From Octopus sinensis (Eukaryota): 64,000 nt of DNA. Under the pieces are notes generated by a model that searched no databases, was not told where the DNA came from, and saw nothing but the letters and a program-made list of their open reading frames with translations. This document shows, one piece after another, positions 24,281-37,108 of this stretch. Within the stretch, counting starts at the first letter, position 1; every line of letters starts with the position of its first letter. The DNA lies in contig NC_043003.1 in NCBI RefSeq assembly GCF_006345805.1, forward strand, positions 45,508,001-45,572,000, read 5' to 3'. The position numbers and the translations under genes are program-made.

Positions 24281-26750
24281 AAACAAGCACTCACACAAAC
24301 GAACATACGTAGAGTCTCTCTCTCTATATCTCAAAGTCGTTCACTCATCTGTGTGAATGAAAGAAAGTGATAGAGAAAAATGCTAATGATAATGACGACT
24401 ACTACTACGAAGACGACAATGATGATGATGATGATGATGATGATGAAGACGATGATGTGGGGGAGGAAATAACTGCAATAATGAGTAAAATACTTTCAGC
24501 GATTGGCTTTCTCCTTTTTCGCTCTTTATATTTCACACGTTTTCTCAGTATTGCTTCAGTATTTCTTTCTTCCTCCATTTCTTTCCCTCTGTAACTTCCA
24601 CTTTTTAAATCTTTGTTAAGTGTGTAACAGAAAGAGGTGAAAAAACAAAACAAAACAAAAAACAAAACAAGAATTAAAAAAAAACAAAGATAAATTGGAT
24701 CATCATCATCAGCAGCAGCAGCAGCAACAGCAGCTACAACACAACCACCACCACCACAATCATCAACATCATCACCATCACGGTGTGGAGAGAAGAAAAA
24801 GACACGGAACTTAGGTGGTGGTGGAGAAGCAGTCGGTGTTGGTGGAGGATGAGACAGCGTTGGAGGGAGAGGAGGGGAGAAGAGGTGGGAGAGGAGTTGG
24901 AGGAGGGGGGGGGAAGGAGAGACTAAAATGTCTTCATTCGCTTTTTATTCCTGTATTTCAATCTCTAACACTCTTCCATATATATTCAACCATAATTTCT
25001 CCCACCTTCTTCCTTTCTCTCTCTCTCTCTTTCCCTGTTTCTCTCCTTCTCTCTCTCTCCTTTTATCACGCACACATCTGCACGCGCACTTCTTCCTTCT
25101 TTTAATTTTTTTTTCCTTTTTTCAACGTCTTCGTACAGTTTATCTCCATTTCTCTGTGTTTATGCCAGTTTTATCTCAAAAATTTTCGCCCTTCTTTGTC
25201 CCTCTCTGTGTATGTGAGTGTGTGTGCGTGTGTATGTGTGTGAGTGTGTGTGTGTGTGTTACTCAATCTCTACCTTTCTCCGTCCATCAAGCTGCCTCTA
25301 TATCTCTATTTGTCTATCCTGCGTCAGTTCATTCTTGGGAGTAGCAACAGTCTCCCTGATACTCATGAAGATCTTTCCATTTAACACGCTACATGCGTCA
25401 AAGTAAAAAAGCTATTTACACATTCTGTAAATGAATTGATTTTGCTGTTGTTAAGTAATCCCATGTTTCCTTATGAAAGAGATCTATGATTATAAAACGC
25501 TTCAGCCGTGAACACTCTGTAATTTTACTCCAGGTTACATTAACTTCTATGGGGGAAGACAATAGGGTAAGATATAACTAAGATGCTGCAACCGCATCTT
25601 GCAAATCTAGCGACGAGCTTCACGTGATTTAGTGACTACAGGTACTTAAATGGATAATAGAGGTGGCGGAATGATGGGAAGTATAAGGCCGGCTACGCAA
25701 TCACAAGTCATGAGTTATATCAACAGGTGATATTTCTATCTAGCTTGAGGTTTTATTCCATTTATTCTACATAACCTCAGTTAACCCAGCAATCGGAAAT
25801 GGATGACACATCGCAGATTCCCTGACAATGTCAACAACAAGATATCCAGGGCACAACCGAGTGGATGTTCAAGTCTTATATGCGTGAAAACATTAAGCAA
25901 TTTTTTTTTTAAATCTCTATAGCTATGAAGCCAGCTCAAATCTCTTCGATGTTGAGTTTGACTTCCCATCCGCTCGATCGACTACAGGCCTCACCAAATA
26001 ATGCAGTACTTTTATAAATCATTAGCTTATGTGCGCCCGCGTGTGTGTGTGCATGTTATGGGAAATAATTACGTAAAGGTGCTATAGGCCAGTTATGTAA
26101 CAGATGTTTTTCAAAGTGTCAACATTTCTCAAAAATATCAGACCTAGTATTGAAGTAGTTCCCATGGCTTATATAGAATTTTATATAGATGTTTCTGTGC
26201 AAATGGAAGGTTTCACCTTATATTCCCATTCCATTTCCTAATTACGGGTGACTTCTTTCGGGTGCTAGTTGTAGTTGGTTAATTTTGTCACACATGCTTT
26301 TACGATGCATTTAAAAGTAGTTCTGATTGTACTTCTCTGCTTTCATATCTAGAGCTGTTCTTACTTTCCAGGGTGACGTGGAATTATCTCTGAATCACAC
26401 ATCCATTTCATTTTAGCGTTAAATATAATATTGCAAAAAGTTGGTCTAGCCATAATATATGAATACTTTATTAACGTATAAAATATAAAAGACTATTTAA
26501 GAGAAGCGATCTCAATTCATTATTTTATTGCTAATATAAAGAGCATCGTATCATATAGTGTCCGTCTCTAACAACAACAAAAAAATAAATGAGGACAAAT
26601 TCTCATATAGACACACGAATGCATAGCCACTAAATACTTCTTGTAATGAAGAATGTCATATACGAAGCAGAGGTTATCTCAACAAAATCTACCATCGCAG
26701 CTCAAACGGTGACACTACATTCATGTTTCCAATTTTAGACACGCTGATAA

Positions 26751-26786
<36 letters not shown>

Positions 26787-27460
26787 TATAGATATATAGG
26801 TACAAACAATTTTTTTCGATTGCATTTGGCTTTTAAGGGGAAACCTTCTCCTTAAAATATCAAACAAAATTATATAAATATCAGCGTTTTACAAATATGG
26901 ATTTGAAATAGCGGTTAGATGCTCAACTTAGCTCTCACGTTTAAAAGTAAACACAACTTTTCAGTTATAAGAAAAAACTTAATTGCAAGCTGAGCAGACA
27001 ATGGTATTGGCTTTCACAAAAAAGTACACAATTTCAACTTGCAAAGGAAGACATTAATTAATACTAGAAATGAATGTTCGGTGTTTCTTGAGACAAGAAA
27101 TGATACAAAATCCAACAAGTAACGAAAGTAGAATGAGAAGAAACAAAGGCAAAGAAGAAGAATTAGTGAAATAAGATGAAAACGCAAGAATAAAACAGGG
27201 TAAAGCATGAAGCAAAACGTTTAAAAACTGAAAAGCGACACGAAAATTATCTCATTTTTGATGGGTCCTACACCACTATATATAATACACACATATGTAC
27301 AAACATTTAAATAAGCATCTATCTGTATGTATATTACCTTTATCTCTCTCCCTCTCCCCTCTCTCTCTCTTTCTCTTTATATGTATTTGTGTGTGTGTGT
27401 ATGTGTGTGTGTGTACATACACACAAACTCATAGGTTCATAAATCGATATATATATATAT

Positions 27461-27504
<44 letters not shown>

Positions 27505-28309
27505 ATAGATAGATTACATATAAGGGTAAGTGATTTTATATTTATGAAATATATAACTAATATATGTACGTGCACTCATATACACACATACATCCTTTCA
27601 TGTATCTATATTTATGAATTCATACACATACATATTAATTGTAAATATGAAGTGCGTGTGCTTGTGTGTATGTGTTGCATAAAGAACTTGTGTTCATGTG
27701 GATGTATATTATACAGTTGTTTAATGAGACCTGCTAAAATATTGCTCAGTTAGAAGGAAAACCATCATAATATATAGAGAGTGATGAAGGTCAAATAAAA
27801 TTAATGTTTCACTAGAATCTAACGACATGTAGGACGAAGAGCCATAAAGTCATACATTATATACATAAATTTACTACTTACGTTTCGTATATGCAATGAT
27901 AGATAAAGGCACACATACAGATACATACACGTATGCATCCGCATTCATAGATATTACATGAATTTAATGTGCTGTATAATATATATATATGTGTGTGTAT
28001 ATGTGGGTGTATGCGCACGTATGTGTATGTGTGTATATGTACGTATGAGAATATACATATATGTAAGTGTGACATCACGTACTCAACATACATATATCTC
28101 TGTACATAATATTCACAGATCTAGAAAACCTAGTAGAGAGATAAATAGGCACACGCATACACGCAACCATACATACACACAAAGGCGCACACACACACAC
28201 ACACACTCGTGCAGAACATAAATTTACACAAACTCTAATGCATGGCGAAGACGTTGTAAGTGTGCTTAGGGAGGACGATTTGTGATATAGATGCCATACA
28301 GCAACGGCA

Positions 28310-28312
28310 GTG

Positions 28313-28345
<33 letters not shown>

Positions 28346-28349
28346 TATC

Positions 28350-28443
<94 letters not shown>

Positions 28444-28492
28444 GATATATATATATATATACATATATATATGTATACATATATATATATAT

Positions 28493-28523
<31 letters not shown>

Positions 28524-28745
28524 ATATATATATACATATATATATATAAATGTATATATACATACATATACATACATATATATATGTGTATGTATATATC
28601 TATAATGTATATATATATATGTATATATATATATGTATACATACATATATATACATATATATACATATATATACTACATATATATATTATATATATATGT
28701 GTGTTATATTATATTGCATTATGTTTTGTATGTATATATGTATGT
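28310..28745. repeat. Long degenerate (TA)n microsatellite
   Basis: Direct reading. Confidence 0.95.
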
Positions 28746-29079
28746 AAACTTAACGTTATAGGCAAGATGAAAGGCTGAGATGAAAATGTAAAGGAAAGAT
28801 ATCAATGTTTGTAGCAGGTCATAAGTGAAAAGATATAAAAATGACAGTTATTTCACTCACTTATTGCCTTAACGATTCATGTTGATGGAAATACTTTTAG
28901 ATACATTGCCGTACACTCCGCTAGAGGGAGCTACACAGAGATAAATGATCAAAAGCAAAAGATCAGATTTTTCCACTCCTGACCTCCGTTTGATGACGTA
29001 ACAGGCAATATAAATGCAGTCTAAAAGTCTTCAAATGCAATATTGATGCCCATTATATATACATACATACGTACATACG

Positions 29080-29110
<31 letters not shown>

Positions 29111-29659
29111 GTAGGTAAGTGTAGTTATCATCATTTTCAACATTATTTTTATTATTTTTCTTGTTTGTTTTTCTTTGCCTCTTTTATTTGCTTGTATATG
29201 TGTTTGTTTTATACACCGTGTGTCATCCTGATGTGTTTTATTATTCTATAATGTTCTTTTTCAGTTTATATGTCGCCTGTTATTATTTATGTATACATTT
29301 AAACATGTGATTGCACACACAAACAACACACCCAGATATTATACTCTGCATGTAAACGCGAGTGCGTTTCTGTGTCTCCGTGTGTACGCATGCCTGCCTA
29401 TCTGCCTGTCTGTCTATCTGACCGTTTGTAGTTTGAAATTCTAGTTCGTGTCCTAGTTGTGATAACCAATAAAAAGGAAACAAACACTTTTGTCATTTTT
29501 GTCTAATATCACGCAGATCTTAAACGACTGCATTTTTCACACTTTAACAATAAGTATGGGTAAACAATACCTACAAGAAATAAAAGATAATTTTTAATTT
29601 TTTAATGGGATGTAAAAAAGAAAGTGCAATTTAGGTGTGAAGTTAGGTAAAATGTGTAA

Positions 29660-29904
29660 GTGTCATGTAAAAGCTCTCGTGCTGGTGTCACATAAAAGTG
29701 CATATGACAGTGCCACGTTAAAAGCACACAGCACACGTTGTAAAGTGACTGGCATTAGGAAGGGCATCCAGCCGTAGAAAGCAAGCCAAATCAGACTGGA
29801 ACCTGGAGCAGCTTCCCAGCTTGCGAACTCTGATGAAACCGTCCAACCCATGCCAATATGGAAAACGGGCATTAAATGATGATGACGACGACGACGACGA
29901 CAAC

Positions 29905-29940
<36 letters not shown>

Positions 29941-29985
29941 AATGATGATGGTGATGGTGGTGGTGGTGGTGATGATAATGATCAC
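29660..29985 (+). mobile_element. SINE/RTE-related retroposon 3' part with (TGA)n tail
   Basis: GGCATTAGGAAGGGCATCCAGCCGTAGAAA...CCGTCCAACCCATGCCA.ATGGAAAACGG.C.TTAAATGATGATG; recognised from memory as a common octopus repeat. Confidence 0.65.
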
Positions 29986-30034
29986 TAAATGGAAACAGCG
30001 AGACAATGTGTTTCATAGCATCGGTTGTCTCTCT

Positions 30035-31150
30035 CTCTTTTACTCTCTTTTACTTGTTTCAGTCATTTGACTGCAGCCATGCTGGAGCACCGCCTTTAAT
30101 CGAGCATGTCGACCCCGGGACTTATTCTTTGTAAGCCCAGTACTTATTCTATCGGTCTCTTTTGCCGAACCGCTAAGTGGCGGGGACATAAATACACTAG
30201 CATCAGTTGTCAATCAATGCTAGGGGGACAAACACAGACACACAAACATATATATATATACATGTATACGACGGGCTTCTTTCAGTTTCCGTCTACCAAA
30301 TCCACTCACAAGGCTTTGGTCGGCCCAAGGCTATAGTATAAGACACTTGCCCAAGGTGCCACGCAGTGGGACTGAATCCGGAACCATGTGGTTTGTAAAC
30401 AAGCTACTTACCACACAGCCACTCCTGCGTCTACATTATTTACTACAATATTTTGGGAACGATTTTTTCCCTTTTTCACTTTTGAAAGATTTCCTTTTTC
30501 TGTGTTCAGGGAAATATGTCAGAACACACTAGAATGGCCTGCCGGTCGCAACGCATTTCTATTCCCAAATGGGGATATTTTCCCAAAGTTCTTCCATGTC
30601 ATTAAACAGCCAGTGTAACGCTGTATCTTTCCTCTCTTTTATTTACTTACAACATTTGAGATACTTGGCCTAACATCTTAATTGCTTTACTGAATGGTTT
30701 TTCTTTTTAAAATATTTTCACGTAGGCGTAGGAGTAGCTGTGTGGTAAGTAGCTTGCTTATGAACCACATAGTTCCGGGTTCAGTCCCACAACGTGGCAC
30801 TTTGGGCAAGTGTCTTCCACTATAGCCTCGGGCCTACCAAAGCCTTGTGAGTGGATTTGGTAGATGGAAACTGAAAGAACCCCGCCGTATGTATGTTTGT
30901 TTATATATATATATATGCGCGCGTGTGTGTGTGTATGTTTGTGCGTCTGTGTTTGCCCCCCCCCCACCATCGCTTGACAACCGATGCTGGTGTATTTACG
31001 TACCCGTAAATTAAATTAGCGGTTCGGCAAAAGAGAGCGATAGAATAAGTACTAGGCTTACAAAGAATAATTCCTGGGGTCGATTTGCTCGACTAAAGGC
31101 GGTGCTCCAGCATAGCCATAGTCACATGACTGAAACAAGTAAAAGAGTAA
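30035..31150. mobile_element. Two full SINE B copies in inverted, head-to-head orientation (30035-30430 minus, 30723-31150 plus)
   Basis: Complete family B motifs on opposite strands, about 290 bp apart. Confidence 0.9.
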
Positions 31151-32949
31151 AGCGTATTACAACGCTTCAAACAATTACAATACCTTTTATATAATGCATT
31201 TATTACGTAAACACTCCATGTACATATATGACTAGAGTCGCTAATATATTCACTTGGTGACTAACATGGTTCAGAGTTACGTACGACTAACTTCATCTCG
31301 TACAGTCGTACTGTGCTGTTGATTCTTGAATCGTAGAATGTCGAAAGAAATCGAACCGAGATCAACTTTACGTTTCGTCCTCTCATGGGCCAATAAAATA
31401 AATACTACTTGATCTAAGCAACTGTTTCACTTCTGTAAGTGGGTGCTCTCGTACTTCAATTACAAAACGTTATTAGCAATATTGCTATAACTCAAAGAAT
31501 ATAAAGTTAATAATGATGGCAAATACGTTTATATTTCTTTGAAGTATTGAAAAATGATGAAATATTGTACATGCAGTGAAAACTAAAATTTCTTTTAAGT
31601 ACAGATATATAAAAATATTTGCATTAAAACAATCTTAAAAAGAAACGTAATTGTCTTATTGTGTCGATATAAGCAACGTTTCTTTTTCCATCTGTGTCAA
31701 TAAAATAAGTACCAATTGAGCTACTTCTAACGATGTACTCTAATGTTACCCACCACTACCAACAACACCACCACCACAACAACCACCACCACTACTACTA
31801 CTACTACTACCACAGCCATCGTCAACATTTACATATGTTGTGGCTTTGAGACTAAATTAGAAATTATTATTCCAGCGTAGGTTAACGCTAAACTGCAGAC
31901 TGAAGGCAATTATTTAATTACTTACACTAACTTAAACAATGAAAAACAGATTCTACCTCAAGAAATATTACCGAATTTTTTCAACTCCTTATTGTATCCA
32001 TATCATGTTTCCTTCTCTCTCATTCGCTCTCTCTTTCTCACACGCTCTCACACACTCTCTCTCTCTCTCTCACACTCACACGCTCTCATTTCGCCTCTCT
32101 CTCTTAATCCAATTCATCCTCCTGTCTCTCTCTCTCTCTCTGATTTTCTCTCTCAATCTTTCTGTCTTTCTCCTTTTTCTCTTTCTCTTCTGTATCACAA
32201 ATACTTAGCATTTTGTAAAACGTCTGCATGGGTTTATACCGCTATTACCATTTTAGAACAGTTCCACTTATTACATAATTGAAACAGCTGTAGTTCAATT
32301 ATTTTATTTTATAGCAACTGCTTTCATTAACGATTTGACGTCATTCAAACATCTGATATTAAAAAAAAACAATTACAATAAAACAATTACAAACGAAAAA
32401 AAAAAGACAATTAATGAAGTTATAATGTTACTTTATTTTGTTTTTTTCTTTCTCCCTTCGGTGCATGATCTAGTAAAACAAATTGTTCTGCAGGTTTTTC
32501 ACCGTATTTTCATCTTCCTCTTAAAATAATTAAACAGAGAAAAATAGCTTATTGAACCTGTGTTGTTGAAATATTTGCTTGTTTGCTTGTTATTTTGTGT
32601 GTGTGTGTATGTGAGTGTATGTTTGTGTGTGAGTGTATGTGTGTGTTTGTGGGCGAGTGTATGTGTGTGTTTGTGTGCGTATGAGTGTTGGGGCAGGGGG
32701 TAAAATAGTCGATTATATTGTTGCTGTGTACCGATGTTACTAAATCACCCGCCCTAGGTCGATGAAAGAGATACTTGGCGGACAAAACTCACAGCCACCA
32801 AATTAAAGAATTTCTGAAGTTGCAGTTGAAGGCTACCGCCCTCCACCCAACAACCAACTGTGGGATGGGTGGGATAGTTATGAAGAAAGCAAGAACAGTA
32901 GCAGTGATACCCTTTAATAAAAACTAGGCACAGGCAGAAATAGATTAGA

Positions 32950-33800
32950 GAAGAATTATATTAGAAAGAAATAGATAAGGTTTGCCGGTGGGCAAATTAC
33001 AAGACGCGGCAAGGAAGGCATTGAGAGCAATATGCTAGAAGCGAGAATGGTTTCAAACCATTTCTTCCAAACACAGTGGTTGTGTTGTCAGATATAAGGC
33101 ACATTCCTTGAGATTCAAAGACACGAATCCAAATAACATAGGCTCAACTGACAGAAGTTCCACGTGCAGCATGCGCTCCTCAAAATGCATGTGGATTTGG
33201 AACAGCACTTTGCTTGACTGTTTGTGACAGTCAGTAGATTGCTGAATGTATTGGACTTTAGTGACCACGACGCATTCGATAAGGGGAGATGTTGAGATGC
33301 GAAAATCTGTTAGCAGCAGCTGTGAAAAGCTTGGTGTTAAGTCTTCCATTTGGGTAATGGTGACGATGTCTTTGCGGTATCTCTGGACAATTGCTTTTCA
33401 ATTGTAGTGATCTACATTCCAGAAGTGCCTAACAGAGTTGTAATATTGCCAATCAGATACAAAGTCTACAGACACAGAACCTGTCCAATATTCGTGGTAC
33501 CGACAAACGAAGCCGGATTACATGAGAGAGTCTTGTGTACGAGATTTGCTTTAGCACAGTAGTCGTTCGGATGAATATAAATATCGGCTGAGTCAATAGT
33601 GAAAATTAATCAATCTCACTCCTTTGTCAGAAAAAGAAGTGTTCTTCGTTGGTTATGTCGGTTCTTTTGCATAAGTGATGGAGAGGACCTAAGTGAGGCA
33701 CTTTTCTCGTTAGCCAAACAATCATTTCATATTTCAGTTTCGAAGGAAGGTGAAAATGTAGAATGTAAGGTTAGAGAGAAAGTCTCTATCCTTTAGTAAA
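32950..33800 (-). pseudogene. Decayed L1/Tx1-type ORF2 C-terminal (zf-RVT-like) region
   Basis: Across frameshifts: KWKT*HQAF / TAAANRFSHLNISPYRMRRGH*SPIHSAIY / DCHKQ...LSVEPMLFG...EEMV*, compare WKxxHxALxTxxRL...CxxCG..E...H....C. Confidence 0.5.
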
Positions 33801-34139
33801 TTTATTAAAAAGTCAGTGAGAGTAACGTGCTAATCTCACAAACAAATATTTGCAGCTTACAGGATGTACTTAGAAGATGGCACTTGTCCTTGGGACTGAG
33901 GATAATCCTGAATCTAAAGGATTCCATCATTACCCTAGGTGACGTTCTCTTTTGTTTCGAGAATCTTTATCTTTTCTATTTTCTTATCTCTTGTTTTCCT
34001 TTCTAATGCGATGTGGCAGTTGGAGGAATCTACTTCAATCTTAATAATAGCAAAACACATCCCCTTTGAAGAAACTTAACATATTAAAAAAAAAAACTAT
34101 AAAGCAAAAGAAAAAATATAAATGTGAAACTGAGACTGC

Positions 34140-35040
34140 TATTTTAAAGTAAGTTTGAGAATAACAAGGTAACATTTACTGGTAGAGCGAACACAGTGCT
34201 GAGAATAGAAACATATTTACTGCAACTTTCATGTTGACTGAGGCTCAGATTCGTTTGACGATATATCCAGTTGAAGCTTTGGCAGAATCCCTAGACAAAA
34301 GAAGCATTGTTACATGAACCAATATCTTCTGCCCGCGGAATTCATCCAGGAAAAGGCAAGATAGGTAGTAATATTACATCACTTCTGAAAAATTGTGGGT
34401 ATTTTCATATGCCTTTACAAAGGAGTTGCGGGAAGAACTATTCAGTGTATGGCACGATACATACTCCCTTAACTGTACAAGGAATATAGAAGTAGGTAAC
34501 AAGTCATTGAGTCCGCAAAGAAGGCTACTAACGTTATCTCTTGCCTCATCTTCACGTTGCTGCTCTGTATGGGTTATGGCCGAGGAGGAAAGTAATATGC
34601 AACAATATGTGATAGACTGAGTGTCAGCAAAGAAATGCAACTCCAGGTACTCCGCGGAGAGTACGAAGTTGTATCAAAATTGTACCACATTGTAACTTCA
34701 AACAGAAAAATAATAAGATTTGTGATTCGTAAAGGGTTGATTGTCTAGTGTTACACATGTAGGAGCAACACCCACTCGATGCCTTTCTGCCCAGAGGAGG
34801 AAAGAGAGCAGCAGACGCAGCAGCAACAACAACTCACTCTAGAAACCTCTGTTTTCAAAGAACCACTAGTCGAAACTTTGATAACAACAGAACAAATAGC
34901 TTCAACTTCAGGACTGACCAGAAACAACAACAACCAGCATTACTCCATCGGATCAAATGACGAGAGAGGAGTGGCAATTGCCAAGCAATGTTGGAAAAAG
35001 TAGTAAAAGCATAATAATATGCAAAAAGCCCGGATCAAAA
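34140..35040 (+). pseudogene. Decayed LINE ORF1 (gag-like) with CCHC zinc knuckle
   Basis: 34749-34790 encodes CYTCRSNTHSMPFC (C-x2-C-x4-H-x4-C), preceded by an in-frame stop and followed by a Q/T-rich stretch (ORF 34779-35003). Confidence 0.65.
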
Positions 35041-35154
35041 GCAAGAGACACCCAATTTTGGGAGGGACCCCTAAGTTTACGCCAGCCTGGGTGAGGATTT
35101 GGTACTATCGCCTTCGGATGAGTTCGTCATGGTAGCCGCCGCATATACAGTTAT

Positions 35155-35534
35155 ATGTACCATATATATATATATATATATATCTATATATATATATATT
35201 ATATATAATATATATATATAATATATATATACATATATCTATATATAATATATAATATACATATATATATATATATATATGGAATAAAAAATGGAGTTAA
35301 ACAAGTTTAAACAAGTATTTTTTCTTTCTACATATGTTTCAAAAATTCCACTGATACTTATTCAAAAGAATAAAAGGTATAAAGACGAAGTTTCAACCTT
35401 TATAAACAAGGAGTTACACATCTTTACTTGTGAGCTTTTCGCTGCCCTGGTAACTATTCATTCATTTATCCGTGTTAAGTGTTAACAAGGTAAAATACAC
35501 TCATCTATATATATATATATAATTATATATATTA

Positions 35535-35570
<36 letters not shown>

Positions 35571-35738
35571 ACTATATATATCTATATATATATATATACA
35601 TTACATATATAATATATATAGATATATATACATAATATATATATATATATATATATAATATACATAATACTATATATATATACATATATATATATACATA
35701 TATATAATATATATCAAATATATAATATATATATATAC

Positions 35739-35806
<68 letters not shown>

Positions 35807-35820
35807 CTATATATATATAT
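35155..35820. repeat. (TA)n tracts flanking a roughly 220-bp non-repetitive segment (35281-35505)
   Basis: Direct reading. Confidence 0.85.
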
Positions 35821-35824
35821 AATT

Positions 35825-36210
35825 TTTACTGTTTCAGTCATTTAGTCGAACAAATCGACCCCAGGTCTTATTCTTTTTAAGCCTAGTACTTATTCTATCG
35901 GTCTCTTTTTGCCGAACCGCTAAGTTACGGAGACATAAACACACCAGCATCGGTTGTCAAGCGATGTTGGGAGACAAAACACACAACACACAACACACAC
36001 ACACACACGACATACAACACACACATATATATATATATATACTATTATATTATACATATATATACATATATACGACGGGCTTCTTCAGTTTCCGTCAACC
36101 AAATCCACTCACAAGGCTTGGTCGGCCCGAGCTATAGTAGAAGACACTTGCCCAAGGTGCCACGCAGTGGGACTGAACCCGGAACCATGTGGTTGGTAAG
36201 CAAGCTACTT
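35825..36210 (-). mobile_element. SINE B whose head is cut by a LINE 3' end
   Basis: Family B sequence stops at CAAGCTACTT (36210). Confidence 0.9.
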
Positions 36211-36620
36211 TATTTCATAAATATTTGCCATGAAGGCATTACAATGAGGGGACGAACAAGAACACACAAACATAAAAGGGTGAAGTAGCTGTAGCAATTA
36301 AATATTTACAATTTAAAATTTACAATGATTTAATAAACATGTTTATAACTTTTGACTTAAGCGTTGCTCATTACAAATGAAATTTGTAATGGCTTCTCTG
36401 AAGGATAAGTATCCGACCACCAGGGTAGACCCCTTGCTTTTTCTTTCCTGTTTTTGGCTTCCCCTTACCTGGTGCAAAACACTCCCAGCTTCTTCGCCAT
36501 AGGCTTCCATTCTTTCATGAATCGTCTCGTGACAGGTACCTTTTCTCCAGCCTGATCTTATTACTGAGGTGGTAACTAAAAAAGTTAAACAACCCCTGGC
36601 CGGATATAAAGGTACGCGAC
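36211..36620 (-). mobile_element. 5'-truncated L1/Tx1-like LINE: ORF2 C-terminus plus 3' UTR
   Basis: TFISGQGLFNFFSYHLSNKIRLEKRYLSRDD/FMKEWKPMAKKLGVFCTR* (one frameshift, stop at 36467-36465); the 3' UTR ends ...GTTCGTCCCCTC...GAAATA. Confidence 0.65.
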
Positions 36621-36640
36621 ACTATTTCTCTCACACGCCT

Positions 36641-36684
<44 letters not shown>

Positions 36685-36959
36685 TATAGATATATATATA
36701 TATATCTATATATATAATATATATATCATATAATATATATTATATATATATAATATATATATATATATAATATATATATTGTACTGTATATATATATAAT
36801 GGATTGCATCAGAGTATATTCCTTTGGATACTTTCCAATTAGTTTTTGTCTCTGTAACGTATATTCATCTCACGTTTCTATTTTCATATAGCTTTGTATG
36901 TACTTCCCAAAATGTCTCGTAACCTCTTTGTAACAAATGGATATTTGGGACAGTTAAAT

Positions 36960-37108
<149 letters not shown>

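Noticed and set aside
28075-28778. YI/VC/HT-repeat ORFs here and throughout the ORF track
   Set aside because: Translations of dinucleotide and tetranucleotide microsatellites.
33540-33610. IFTIDSADIYIHPNDYCAK resembling the RAG1 N-terminal/Chapaev IHPxxFC motif
   Set aside because: The second Cys is missing, and the surrounding sequence fits an L1/Tx1 ORF2 C-terminal region better.
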